From: Camelus dromedarius | Taxonomy: Eukaryota | Length of the DNA stretch: 64,000 bases | Direction of reading: 5' to 3' | Assembly: GCF_036321535.1 (NCBI RefSeq) | Contig: NC_087437.1 | Span: forward strand, 110,858,001 to 110,922,000 | Shown here: piece after piece, positions 26,359 to 39,331 of the stretch | Layout of the letters: each line of letters starts with the position of its first letter | Position numbering within the stretch: the stretch's first letter is position 1 | The notes under the pieces: model-generated | Told to the model about the DNA's origin: nothing | The model's database searches: none | Seen by the model: the letters and a program-made list of their open reading frames with translations, nothing else | Program-made: the position numbers and the translations under genes

Positions 26359-26402
<44 letters not shown>

Positions 26403-26673
26403 CAGAGTAGGGGGATTCTTGCTAAACTTGCCTAGTAGGATTCTTGCTAAAGACAGGCCCAGGATATAGACATCAAAGGTAGAGGATAAGGAACCTGACC
26501 AGATATCAAGAGTGATCAGATATCAAGGATGGGAAATACTGTAGCAGGATTCTTTGCTAAGACTGGGTTGGGCGGGCCAAAAGGAGAACCAACAAGGCCA
26601 AGATTAAGGCCTAGTTGAAAACAGGGCTCAGAGGAGCTTGACTAAAGTTTGGTCAAGGAGAGAGACTTTGTCA
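26136..26673 (-). mobile_element. ERV1 solo LTR (MER31/MER67-like)
   Basis: TG...CA termini; the reverse strand begins TGACAAAGTCTCTCTCCTTGACCAAACTTTAGTCAAGCTCCTCTGAGCCC; a related copy lies at about 43.4-43.9 kb. Confidence 0.75.
26349..26402 (+). repeat. (GATA)n tetranucleotide microsatellite
   Basis: About 13 units with one GACA variant, inside the ERV1 LTR. Confidence 0.95.
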
Positions 26674-26980
26674 AGGTAGGGCCCCGGAGTTCTGCACTGT
26701 AACAACCTCATTAAGAGTTATGCAGGAAAACAGGCCAGAGGAGAGGCACCCTATGCCAGGCCATCCAGGCAAATACTGAAAACAGCCAGGACTAGAAGTC
26801 CCCAGAGATCGGTCAGGTTTTTTTTTACCAGTGTTTCAATAAGCCAATAATTAAATACCAAATTCAAATATATCTCTATACATACATGTTATCCAGGATT
26901 AAAAGTAACTTTTAACAACCTTGGAGCAATCTAGGCAGAAAGCATCCCTGCCTAAAAAAATAGAAAAAGTGAGCGCTTAC

Positions 26981-27002
26981 CTTTCATTTCACAGCTCTAG
27001 CT
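26981..27002 (-). other. Candidate 22-nt micro-exon containing ATG-AAA-G
   Basis: Minus strand: ccattccttcccgtcctgcctttctttgtctttcag|AGCTAGAGCTGTGAAATGAAAG|gtaagc. Confidence 0.5.
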
Positions 27003-30000
27003 CTGAAAGACAAAGAAAGGCAGGACGGGAAGGAATGGGTTACCAAAAGCCCAATGTGGGACATGGCCAGGCCTGTCAGATCCCCCAGTGGCTTGCAGTC
27101 ATTAGAAATCATTAGACCCTCTAGTTAGTAACATGCAAGAAAATGAGCAGACATATCAGGGCCAGCTCCTCAGACATTATAAAACTATGGGGAGCAGGGG
27201 AGGGCAAGTTTCCCACAAGACAATTACCTTTGAGATACAAAGATGTTCCCATGGCTCAAAACACTTTTCAGAATTGGGCAGAGTCTATTAATCCGTTAAT
27301 AAAGGGCCAGATTATTTGGAAAATGGTTTTAAGAAAATAATCATGCAGAGTTAAGTGTTAACATTCCCCCAGCGCACTCTCCTGCTTCTAGCCCCTCTTG
27401 TCTCGCCTTGCAAATCTGGTGTTGAAGCCCTAGTTGACCATCAAGCCCTGTTTGACCAGTTTAAATTCCGTCTTATAAAATAATCTCATTTCCCCTCCAT
27501 CACCGTTGGAATAAAATCCCCAGATCTGAGATGCCTATGGTCCGAGTCATGAATCTCTTTCAGCTTTTGAAGTTATCATTTCTGATATGCCGATTAGGGA
27601 CAAAAAGAATCATATTTTACAGCCGTGGTTTTTACGACCTTTGAATTATTATGGCTTTCCAAGTCTTCATTCTCCAATAGGCCAACAGTATGCCTACCCC
27701 TCTTGCAAATCCCTAAAAATTGGGATCTGGAATTCACGACAGGCAACATAAATCTGACCTGTTATGTAATATAAAACATCAGACGGACCTGGTTGCCATG
27801 CATGTCATTTAGAACATATTTCATAAGAACAGGACTTCATGCAGTGTAGCCTCCCAAAAGGTAAAAGCCACAGTCTGTAAACTGTTCATGCCTAGACCCT
27901 CCTCGGTCTCAAATTAAAGCAGCCGGGAGGAGAGAGATTGATGAGATTTCATTAAGTGAAAAACTTCATGAAAATCAATTCTAACATCTTTAGCGCCCAG
28001 CAGTGGGACCTGTATTTATAAGGACAGTATTAATGATAAGCTACCCCAGGGAAATTACAACAGCAGTTATCAAACAACTTGAATATGCTCTTTGAAGTCG
28101 AGGCACTACCGTTTAGAATTTGCACCGGCTTTCCTGTCACTGAAAAGTGTGGCGCTGAGTCAGCCTGTATCAGCTCAGGAAAACAGCAACTGAGGAATTT
28201 ACAGCTTCCTGACTTACAAATAATAAATTAATAAAGGCAGATTTCTACTAAATTCCTTGTTGCATTAAATTTCAAAGGAGGGGTAGAAATATCCACAACG
28301 CCACGATGGTTTGAAAGCATAAGGGATCTGGACTAATGAAATTTCACGCGTACGCTCTGGGAATTTACAAGGAAAAAATTCAGAATACACGACTAATTGC
28401 TACAATATTAATTTCATATTTATATCCCCCACAAGCACTGAAGTGAAATTTTTCAGCTTGAGGAAAAAGAAGCTGGACTGTTTAGCAGGATCTCAAATAA
28501 TGATCTAATATCCAAATTAACTGGAGTCTTCAATTAAATGTTGTTTAACAATTAAAAATATATATATCAGCAACCCTTTCCAAGAATGAGAGAAGGCAGA
28601 CACAACTACTGCTTTTGCTACAGACAATTCTATGTAGGTTATGTTTCTGTGGGAAACGTCACCTGGCATATGGAATGCAACACCAAATGTCACAGGTCAA
28701 TGTGAGAAACGGTCTATGGTGATGAGTGAATCTTGACTTTGAGCAAAACCCTTAATCCAGGTCTTCCATTTCTTAATCTGCAACATGAAAGATTTGAATT
28801 CATTTTATTACTATGCTCCTGCCGGCTTTAACATTCAGTAATGCCATGACAGGCCTCATTCTGGTTAGTACAAGGGTCTTCTAGAATGTTCTTTAACCAC
28901 AGTTCTTTCATGTTACATTTTGGTTTTGCTGAAGGAGAGGCAGTGCTCACTGCAAAAGACTCCTTTATTTAAGATGCAAATGTTGTGGAACATAATGTGG
29001 AAGATCAAGGAGATGTTAAGCTTCCCTTTGCCATTCTGGAAATTGTCCATAATTTCAATCAAAAGAGACTCAGACCTTTAGCAACTGCATGGAATTCTGG
29101 CTATTGTCACAAACGCTGCCCCACCGCAGCCTACCCGGCAAAGATCTCAGGAACTCAAACTCCTGGCAACATCCAAAGCATGTTCTCGTCACAGGAGACC
29201 TAGGCTATCCCAAATCCTTGTAAAATCCAGGACTTAATTTAAGATGACCATCCATTCCTTCCCGAGTTGGAATATATCACTGACTTTATTAGTTAGCCCT
29301 ACCTGACACAGAGAAATGACTGCAGTCAGAGAAAAGAGAAATGAAGGAAAGACTGGGGTTTTGTTAGTTGCATTTTTTGGTTTGGGTTTTGGAGAGGGTG
29401 GTTTGGGGGCAGGGGATGTTGTCTAAACTAACTATGCCTTTAGCCAAAATTTCTGCAGCTGAAAATTATAAGTAACCTCTTGTGCTGTTATCCACTGCAG
29501 ACTGGTATGTGAGTTCTGGCTATACCACACCTCACGACCCTGACGCCCATTCCAAGGGCAGAGGAACCAAGCGCAATTCCTCGTGTCCCGTGCTAAGACT
29601 CACCAATGCTCACTTCCAGCGAGCTCACTGGGCCTCCAGTGGAAACTTACACACTAGCTTTCATGGTGGACAAAGACCGCGCGATCAAGGAAAAGTTTCT
29701 GTGTATCACCGAGTGCAGACCAGGCAATGGTGAAGTATAATAAGGAAAATGCAGAGAAGGCAAAGGAAATAGAAGAGAAATATAGAGCATCCCCAGCATA
29801 CCAACGGGAGATATTCGTTCACCACAATCAGGAAATGAGCCAAGGAAGGTCTCACGTTACAGTAACAGGCCCCGTGGCAGCAGCCCGGCCACGCTCAGCC
29901 AGCCCACAAGGCCCTTTCAATCCAAAATGTAACTGATGTTGCACTGATTTTGCAAACTGATGTTTGCTGCACATCTTCAACATGAACAAATGCCAAAAAC

Positions 30001-30181
30001 AGAAAAGTTGCAATTTTTGCAGTAAAATTAAAGCAAAACAATAAAGTTCGAAAGAAAGCCATTTATTCAGCATAAAAGATGGTACTTAAATAGAAAGTAG
30101 ATTGAACCAGAAGAAAACAGGGTGGCTGGAGACATTCTTGGAAGACTGGTGGTCTTGTTTAATTATTAAGAATTTCATGTA

Positions 30182-30494
30182 AGGACATAGAAAATAAACT
30201 TACAGTTACCAGGGGGAGAAGGAGGTGGGAAAGGATAAACTGGGAGTTTGAGATTTGCAGATACTAACTAATATATATATATATATATATATAAAACAGA
30301 TAAACAACAAATTTATACTATATAGCACAGGGAACCATATTCAATATCTTGCAGTATTTTGTAGTAACCCATGGTGAAGAATATGAGAACGAATGTATGT
30401 ATGTTCCTGTGTGACCGAAGTATTGTGCTGTATACCAGAAATTGACACAACATTGTAAACTGACTGTACTTCAATAGAAATACATTTTTAAAAA
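30182..30494 (+). mobile_element. Lineage-specific LINE-1 3' UTR with perfect TSD
   Basis: 14-bp TSD AAGAATTTCATGTA at 30168-30181 and 30495-30508; internal (TA)n; GCTGTATACCAGAAATTGACACAACATTGTAAACTG. Confidence 0.93.
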
Positions 30495-32857
30495 AAGAAT
30501 TTCATGTAGAAACTAAAGATACCAATACTACCTTGAACCTTATGAACTACAAATATTCAGGCCATTTTGGATCCTAAACAGGATAATAGTAAGAAAGAAA
30601 AGCAAGGTGGATAGGGAGAGAAAATGATCAAAAAAAAAAAAAAAAGGCAGAAAAAATGGAGAAAGTAGAGAAAGAGGGAAGAATTTTTCTTAACTTCATT
30701 GGAAAATAATTGGAAAAGGAGGAAGAAAGAACGAGCTGTTTGCAAACATTCATTCTCAAGTCCACTTCTGAACTCAGGATACAGGCTTCTCTGTGGAATC
30801 GCTCAGGATTCCACATTCAGAACCGTGGCAGCTCTCAGAAGGCATGGACAACCTCTACCAGACAGGCTGGCAGATACCCAAATTCTGGGTCTGAGTTCTT
30901 GAGTCAGAGAGTCCAGAGCTCTACTCAGCTGAGCCCCCTGACTTCCACTCCTAAAAATCCCAGTGACCAAGGCACTGGACCTCTCCCAGCCTCAGTTTCC
31001 CCATCTACAATAGCAAATGTGCTAAAAGCATCCTCCCATTCAGACTGTCCTGAAGAGTTAACAAAGCAATGATGTTAAGAGTTACTCCAACATCATTAAC
31101 CAGACATAGTAAGTACTCAAAAATAATAGTAGCTATTGTTTTGTTTTGCTTTTTAATTAACTACTAGTTCCCTCCATAAAGTTTCCGCGCAGAAAACACC
31201 AGCTACTTCCACAGAGGAACCTGCCTGGCAATCATCACAGGCAGGTAGATGGGCCTCCCTTTTCTTTCTTGGGTAAGACTGGGTTTGGTTGGCATCAGGG
31301 CACTCTGCTAGATAAAGCACCGGAAAAGCTTCCTGGAAATTGACCAAGACTAAGCAAAAAATGCCCATGCCTAGGCATAATTGGATTAGGCAGAAAAGCA
31401 AGCATCTGGCAGGCTATGAAAAGGAAGGGAAGTGCATGGAGCCTGGGGACTCCCTTTGGGCAACCAATCTGGTATCAGGCAGCAACCACACACCCAGCCT
31501 CTTCCCTCCCCACAAAATCTACAGGATGAAGGAAGGAGCTGCCCACGGACACTGCAGCTGCAGAAAGCAGGGCCCCCTGGTCCCTGGGGAGCACGGCTGC
31601 CCTTCAGCCCAGTGACTGTTATTAGACAGAAGCAGGACTCAACTCCCTTCTTCTCGGAATATAAAGGTAACTCCATACCCCCCAGAAGAACTGGAATGCC
31701 TCCAAATCACGTCCTTTCAAAGGGGCCTCTCCCAACCTCCCCATCACAAACAACAGAGCCTCTCTCCTCCTCCACGGAAGCAAGTCCAAGATACTTCTCC
31801 AATGTTTCCTTGACCCTGCAGGAAGCAGGTTCTACGTCACCACCACAGTTCTCCCTCTGACTCTGCTGTTAGGAAGTCTGCTTTTTCTCAAGGGTGCCCG
31901 GCTTCCCACCCGGATCTAAATTTCTTCAAGGCAGAATCAGTACTTTCTCTCTGCATCTTGCTTCCCAGGGCGCAGGACCGTGCAGAGCACACAGCGTGCA
32001 CCCAAAAGACCCCAACAAAGAACAGTGCTGACCCACAGAGAAGCCAGGGGGAGGCAACGGCCTCTTCCTCTTTGAGAGTCCATCAAAACAGTCCTTGTGG
32101 GCCTCAGACATCATTTAATAGCACCTCATCCATCCAGAAGCCAATTAAGCTAAGAAGCCAAACTGAGAATTTAAGAGGAAAAAAGTTCACGCAAGATGGA
32201 TGGGGCTGGGGCCCCACAAGCTAAGACAGGCCTTGTCATCTGTGTTATACCACGAGGTGATTTGTAGCTCTGAGGTGAGCATTAATCAGGCCTCAAGCAG
32301 CAAGAGCGGCCAGTCGCCTGGGCCACAGGCATCCTGGCGCTGGCCATCAATCACGCCTGCTGATATCCGGGGTACCCAAGCCCGGGCAGAGCCAGCCGAG
32401 GGGATGGGCCGACCGGGTGATTCAGACTGCCAAACAGACCGCATGCTTGATTTAATAGATCATACTTTTTTTCATGCATTTTTAAATTCAGATAATCCAT
32501 CCAACATTACTTTAATAAAAAATATATATGTACCTTGTATAGGGAAGTCAGCCAAGTCTATACATGGTTGAGTAATCCAATTCAAGTGACCTTGATTCTA
32601 ACAGGAAGCCTGGGTGGAAAGCACCAGGCATTAAGTGGGGTTCAGAGAAAGGAGTGATGGAGGAGGCTCAGGGCTGAGAGGTGAGGGGTGAGGTGGAATC
32701 TGCTGGAGAAGAATGGAAGAGGGATGCTGGGGACAGTCCAGGAGGGACAGACATGCTCTGAGCCAACAGGACGAAAACGAAGTAGTGAAGCAACTTACTC
32801 ATCAAGAAAAGATTGGACAATTAGACTAACACCAGACTCTAGGGGAAACACAATACC

Positions 32858-32940
32858 AGAGAGAGAGAGAGAGAGAGAGAGAGCGTGTGTGTGTGTGTGC
32901 GTGTGTGTGTGTGAGTGAGAGAGAGAGAGAGAGATAGACA
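32858..32940. repeat. Compound (GA)n(GT)n(GA)n microsatellite
   Basis: Directly visible in the sequence. Confidence 0.95.
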
Positions 32941-33208
32941 GACAGAGAGACCCAGAGACCCAGAGACACAAGTCAGTGTATAAGAAGACAGATTTCAAAG
33001 GACACTTCAAAGAAAATTGGAGAGGACTTAAAAAGTGAAAGGTGGAATGTAAAATAAGGTAAAACAAGTGAAATGAAAATGACGAAGAAAAAGAGGCATC
33101 AATGCTAACACTCAGACCAAAAGTGGTAACACTCATAGATGTCAGAAGTTAAAGAAGGGAAAATGGTGAGTTCTGGTTTCAGGCTGAATTTCGCAGATCA
33201 GTGAGCCC

Positions 33209-33735
33209 TGTGGTGGAGGGGACATCTTCAGGGGGGCCAAGGATCCTGGCCTTTGTTCAAGCCCCCTCCCCTCAGTTGTGGGTCGGACCTGTGACTTGAC
33301 TTTAACCAGTGGAATAGAGCAAAGGTGATGGGATGTCACTGCGCTGGCTACATCTCATTATGTAAGAGTCCATCTCAGCAGGCTGGGCCTTTAAAAAGCA
33401 AACTGCCAGGCTGTGAACTGCCTGTGGAGGGGGCCATGTGGCCAGGACTATGGGCAGCCCCTAGGAACTGAGAGTGCCCTCCAGCTGGCAGTCGGCAGGA
33501 ATCCAGGTTTCTCTGTCCCACACCTGAAAGTAAATGAATTCTGCCTACAACGTGAATGAGCTTGGAGGCAGTTTCTGCCTCAGTCCAGCTTCCAGATGAG
33601 GATGCTGCCTGGCCAACATCTTGATGACAGCCTTGTAAGACCCACTCAAGTGCACCCAGACTCCTGACTCACCGGACTGTGAGATCGTGAGCTTGTGTTG
33701 TTTTAAGACCCTAAGACTGTGGTTATTTGTTCCAA
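33209..33735 (+). mobile_element. MLT1E/F-like MaLR LTR
   Basis: GACCTGTGACTTG...GCAAAGGTGATGGGATGTCAC...AATGAATTCTGCCTACAACGTGAATGAGCTTGGA...TGTTGTTTTAAG. Confidence 0.8.
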
Positions 33736-33804
33736 GTCCCTCAGAAACCAGAGTGGCTGGGCTAAATCTCAGTAGAGAGGTCAGGTGTGGACATGTGTCC
33801 ATCA

Positions 33805-34010
33805 CGTGGTGGGTGAGAGCGCACATGCTAGAAGCAAGGGGCCAGGAGCTGAGCCCCAGCGCTTCCCAGCTGTGTGACTACGGCCAAATTCCGTATTCTC
33901 TCCCGGCCTCAATTTCTTCATTCATAAAACAGAGAACACAACAGTACCTATTGCCCAAAGTTGCTCCCCATGATTAAATTAACTGTTAAGCGCATCAAAT
34001 GATTCCTAGA
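33805..34010 (+). mobile_element. MIR SINE
   Basis: CCAGCTGTGTGACTACGGCCAA...CCTCAATTTCTTCATTCATAAAA MIR core. Confidence 0.65.
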
Positions 34011-34257
34011 AAGGCAAAGCCACAAGTAAGGGAGGAAAGAAGATGGGCCAGGGTGAAGGGAAGAAGTAGACAGGAAGTGGCCAGGAGAACAAACAAAATC
34101 AGAGTCCAAGATCTCACACAGCACGGCAAGAGAGAACCTCAGCAGAAGGATGTCAGGAAAGATAAGAAAAGTTGGAGCTTAGGAAAAGTCATGAGCTGGA
34201 AGGGCAGCAGTAGAATGAAGACATTTCCATGAGTGAAAAAGCAATCGGAAGGGTGGT

Positions 34258-34375
34258 GGGGAGGGTAGAGCTCAGTGCTGGAGCGCATGCTTAGCATGCG
34301 TGAGGTCCTGGGCTCAATCCCCAGGGCCTCCATTAAAAAATAAATAAGTAAATAATAGCAGTTTAAAAAAAAAAA
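34258..34375 (+). mobile_element. vic-1-type tRNA-Ala SINE (short-tail type)
   Basis: GGGGAGGGTAGAGCTCAGTGCTGGAGCGCATGCTTAGCATGCGTGAGGTCCTGGGCTCAATCCCCAGGGCCTCC plus an A-rich tail. Confidence 0.92.
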
Positions 34376-34419
34376 GGAGTAAGTCCAAAAAATGGGGGCA
34401 AGATTAACAGGCCTACAAA

Positions 34420-34810
34420 AACTGAATGACCTGGCCGCCTGGCCTTCTTGTTCAAACACACTGGGACAGTCCCACCCCAAAGCCTTGGCACTGACTCTTA
34501 CCATCTCTTCCTGAATGTTCTTCCTTGATATCCACACTTCATTTCAGTATTTGCCCTAAAGCCCCTTCTCATCAGGCCATTCCTGACCAACGTATTTCAA
34601 CTCGCACCACAGGGAACTTGCGCTGTGCTAAACTTTCATCTACAGCATTTATCCTCTTCTACCATCCTACAAGATTGAGTATTTGTTATGTTTATTGTTT
34701 TTCTGTCTCCCTTGCTAGAATGCAAGCTCCACAAAGACAGATTTTGGTCTATAATTTTTGCTGATAAATTCCCAGGGTTTAGAACAAGGCATCACTCATA
34801 ACAGGTGCTC
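34420..34810 (+). mobile_element. L2 LINE 3' fragment
   Basis: CTAGAATGCAAGCTCCACAAAGACAG...TAGAACAAGG...AGGTGCTCA L2 terminal motifs. Confidence 0.7.
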
Positions 34811-36621
34811 AGAGACATGACACCTAAATGCAATGTATCATTCGGAACTAGCTTCTTTTGCTTATCAAGGACATTATGAGAACATAGGCAAAATTTGATT
34901 AGGCAGTTAGGGTGGAGGAAAGGAAGCTCTTTTGGGCTGGACTCTCAACTTTCTGTGACTACCTAAACATTTTATTTGCATTATTAAAAATAAAAGAAAT
35001 AAAATAAAACTCTGACATGGTGGTAAGAACAAAAAAAGAAGATAAAAAGATACCATCACTTTATTATAAATATTTATGTATTTTTGGAAAGGGCTATGAA
35101 ATCCATGGGAGGGAAAGAAAGGAAGACAGGAACGTTCATTTTCACTCCAAATGGTTTTTACAACAAAATATATCTTATTTATATAATATTTAAATAGTAA
35201 AATATATGTGGGAAAAAGAAGTTGGTCTACAGACCATTTCAGGGAGGGGGCAGAAAGGATGGAGGGATGGTCAGGGAGGGAGGCCCTCGTGTTTCGTTTC
35301 CAAGGGCATCGCAACTCCCCTGCAGGGACACTGCAGGTTCTCTGTCCACACAGAGAGGGGTACCCAGTGGTACCCAGAGAGGCAGCCTCCCTGTCCTCCT
35401 GATGAGGACAAGTTTCCTCCAGCTCCTCTTCCTACATCTGCCCGTCACTCCAGGCAAAGGGACTTTGGCAGGCAAACATGGAGAGTGTCTGCTGGGCTCA
35501 GAAGAGCCTCTTTAAGATAAGATTTTAAAATGAACAAGTATCTCACACTGTTCATTTATATTTTTTGTCATTACAAAGAAGTTTACAATTTACTGAAATT
35601 GATCATTTTTCCATTTCTTTTTTACTATGGAAGTTTGTATTATGAGGACATAATCACCATGTACCCATAATCCAATTCAACTATTCAACCCTGTTTCAAC
35701 ACACACACACAATGACTCCAGAGTTGGTCCCTTCAAATCAACATCTAAACAAGATCCACACATTGCATTTGTTGATTGAATTCTTTGGTTCTTAATCAGG
35801 GATTTCGCCTTTCTTCTCTTTTTATTTTCTTTGCATTGTTTTGCACAGTTTCCCCATTTCCGTTAAATGTCTATGCTCTGTACTCCTACGTCCCTCCCTT
35901 CCTCTGACTCCCCTAATCTCCTCCCTGATCATCTTTTTAAAAGCATCTTTTTGTTAGCAGTTCCTCCACGAGCCTATAACGGAAACACTTTATGTTCAAG
36001 CTCCGGCAGGGAGGTCACAGGAGATGTAAGAACCCGCAGAGGACTCTGCCGAACACTGCATCAACCACACAGAAAACAACAAAGTGTAAGAAAATTCCCC
36101 AGAAACATCCAGACAGTCATCGCTCTGCCAGCAACCACAACTTGCATGAATCCCTGTCCCTCTCTGTCCCTTTCTTCATCTTTAGAATAACGGGAATGAA
36201 CAAGATGACAACGATGGTGTTGACATTAATCGGACATTTCTTGCCTAAAGATCTTTAAAGATTCCTTCCAGCCATAACTGTGATCTTTGGTATCTAACTC
36301 ACACAACGCATTAGCAAAGGACGACATCCTTCTTGGTTGGGTAAAGGAAGGAGGGAGTGGGAGTGGAGGAGAGTATTTCATAAATGACAAAGGAGAAAAG
36401 TGAAAAACTCGAGACAATGATGACAGAGAAACTGAGACCAAAAATGTGGATTACAAAACAAAACTTCAGTCATCAACACAATCCAAATTTGAACAATATG
36501 CCATTGTTTCAAAGCGCTTTCTTACACATTGGCAAATTTGATCCACACAAATGGATAAATGATAAAGGATGGGGTAAAAGGTTAATGATAGAATCTTGGG
36601 TGCGAGAGTGTATCACTAGAC

Positions 36622-36812
36622 CAGTGGTTCTCAACCAGGGCAGTTTTACTCCGCTTCCTCAGGGACAACTGGCAATGTCTGCAGACACTTCGGTTGTCAC
36701 AAGTGGGGCATCTGGGTGGCAGAGGATGCTGCTAAACATCCCACAAAGCTCAGGTCAGCCTACATCACAGGAAGTACCCAGTCCTAAGTGTCTGTGAGGT
36801 AGAGAGACTCTA
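36622..36812. mobile_element. MER20 hAT MITE
   Basis: CAGTGGTTCTCAACCAGGG...TGGCAATGTCTGCAGACA...GGATGCTGCTAAACATCC. Confidence 0.85.
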
Positions 36813-37394
36813 ATCTAGGTGAATCTCCTAGTTACCCAAGTGAAACTGTGCTGGGGGTGTTGGAGGTGGGGGGGCCACGAAGGTCTAAAGCCACGTTAGA
36901 TAGACACCCTGCACCCTATCTAAGACACCACACTCCAGACCACGCCAACACATAAGATTTGATTAGGAAAACTGTCTTGGTTTGCTTTTATTACCGAGGC
37001 AGATCAGAATACACATTTCTGAATCTCGACTGCTCCCTCAATGTAGTCATCCTGGAAAACTATTTTTAAAATGCTATCCAACTGAAGAACTACCCTGCCT
37101 AGCAAACTTGTCTCTGAATGAAAGCACCTCTGATGGAGGCCACGGGCCACGGGTGACCCTGAGAAGGACAAGCAATGAACATACCAGTGAGTAAGAAATT
37201 TTCAAGGGCCCCCGTTCTAGGATGAGACCAGAGTAGTGTAACGGGAGGTGATGAAGGGGTAGGGAGGGTGTGTGTGAAGGACTGCCATTTCGTATTCAAT
37301 TCTCGGGAAGGCTTGCCTGGAAAGGTGACATTTGAATTTTACCCCTCCCCCCAAAAAAACTAAAATTAAATTAAAAAAAAAAAGAATTCTAGAA

Positions 37395-37553
37395 GGGGTT
37401 GGTATATCTCAAGTGGTAGAGCGCATGCTTAGCATGCACAAGGTCATGGGTTCAATCCCCAGTACCTCCTCTAAAAATGAATAAACCCAATTATCTTGCC
37501 CCCCCCAAATAAAATAACTAAATAATACAATAATAAATTTAAAAAAATTTTTT
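37395..37553 (+). mobile_element. vic-1-type tRNA-Ala SINE with TSD
   Basis: Full head with B box GGTTCAATCCC; identical direct repeat AAAGAATTCTA at 37381-37391 and 37554-37564. Confidence 0.95.
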
Positions 37554-39331
37554 AAAGAATTCTACCAAAAACCAAAGCCATCCAAAAAGAGGAAGACCGG
37601 CTGTCAATGAAGCTATTCCAAAGAAAACACTCAAGACACTGAAAGCTATTTTCAAAGAATAGGCCCAAAATTCCTGAACAGCAGTAGCCTTTCAAATAAC
37701 TGTACTGGGCAGTGCTGCCTTCCCAGACCCCCGCCCCCAACACAACTCTCAGAAGATAAGCTGGGGTGTAACTGTTTTGACCTCAGCCTCTTTGCAGACA
37801 GAGCAAACTGCCCCCAACAGGCACTCAGCACGAGGGGAAGATGAACAGCGCCCCCCACCCCTCCCATCACCACCTCTCTGAGAAGGAGCAGGCACGTGCA
37901 AGAAACACTTGAACCAAAGGAGCAGCGAATCAAAGAAGTCTGCCTGGAAGGTTCTCTCCCAGTGCTCTTATCTGAGTCCTTGTGTGTTCTGGTCTCCCAG
38001 ACCTCTCGAACCGACAGGCCCCAAGGTGGCCAGGGAGAAACTGAGGCTCAGGTTCCGAGCCTGGGAGTCCGTTCCCTTCCCCTCTTTTTCCTGGTGGTGA
38101 TTTTTCTTGGACTCATCATCCCTGGCCATCTCAGCAATAAGATCCTCGGGGCCAGATGAGGGGGTGGGTCTAGAAAATGAGCCAAGGAGGCTGCTCAGCC
38201 CGTTTGAAGCGTAAGTCCCAGGCGCACTTGATGCTGGGCAAAAAAGTCCTCCCCCTGGTCTACATCAACTCCAGGAAACTCACAGGAAATTAACCTGTGG
38301 TCTGAGCTAAAGCCACTGCCCAGATTAAGGACATTTCTCCTCTCCTCTCTTCCCTAATCAACAGGGCAGCAGTAGGTGTCTGGTAAATCATCAGAGGAAT
38401 CTCTGTCCTACCCTTCTTACAGTATCTCTCTCTACCACGAAAAAAAAACACTTAATGAGGCAGGTAGCAATATGCTCAACCTGTGCACAGATGCAGAAGT
38501 GCTACTGTAGGAACCAATTCAGACATCACCACATCTGAAGAGGTCCCCTGCGCACCCAAGCTTAAGCTTCACACTTCAAAGAAAGATTGTTAATTACACA
38601 TTATGATTCCAATTATTGCCGAATGCATTACGAACCAGGATCTTTGCTAAGCAATTTTATTATTTTAATTCTTTCCTTCCATCATTCTTAATAATTACAC
38701 TCTGGCTTTTATTACATTAAGATGTAATTAAAAAAGAAAAATCCTTTATATTTTAAATCTATTTTATTTTTTTTTTACATAAAGAATTCCAAAGCTATCT
38801 GTAATAATGTAGCACACAATATAGCCAACAGACAGAATGAACAGCTTAGATGAAACTAGCTGAGTTCCATTTAGGGGGAAAACTTATTATGAAAACCCTT
38901 AGCACGAGACACTCACTGAAAGGATGGAGAACTCTTCATCATACAGAGGCAGAACGAACCACATAGCAATACACGGATGGAAGAGAAAAGTTTACACTAT
39001 CTACGGAAGAGGGTATATATAAATCAGGACCCAAATGCTGAATTTGGGGATTACGAATAGTCTATTATCTGCCCCATAAAATGAAGCCATTATTTAATGT
39101 GAACCTATCCATGCTGAATTCTATTTCCATTCAAGTATGAGGATGATGTCACCAACAGGTAGAAAAATGAACAGAGAAAGATGAAATTATTTTAATGATT
39201 TAAGCCACAATTTGTGAGCCACAGAATTTCACATTCACAGGTACCAAGGCTGAGTGGCATTTAGTGCCGAGGAATATTTTTGTTTGCTCCACACGCTAAA
39301 GCCTTATCCATCCTCCCCTTGCCTTCCAGAC

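Noticed and set aside
32799..32838. 40-nt minus-strand exon candidate (cccctag|...GATGA|gtaagt)
   Set aside because: Much of its pyrimidine tract comes from the (GA)n microsatellite and the exonic side of the donor is weak; likely a pseudo-exon.
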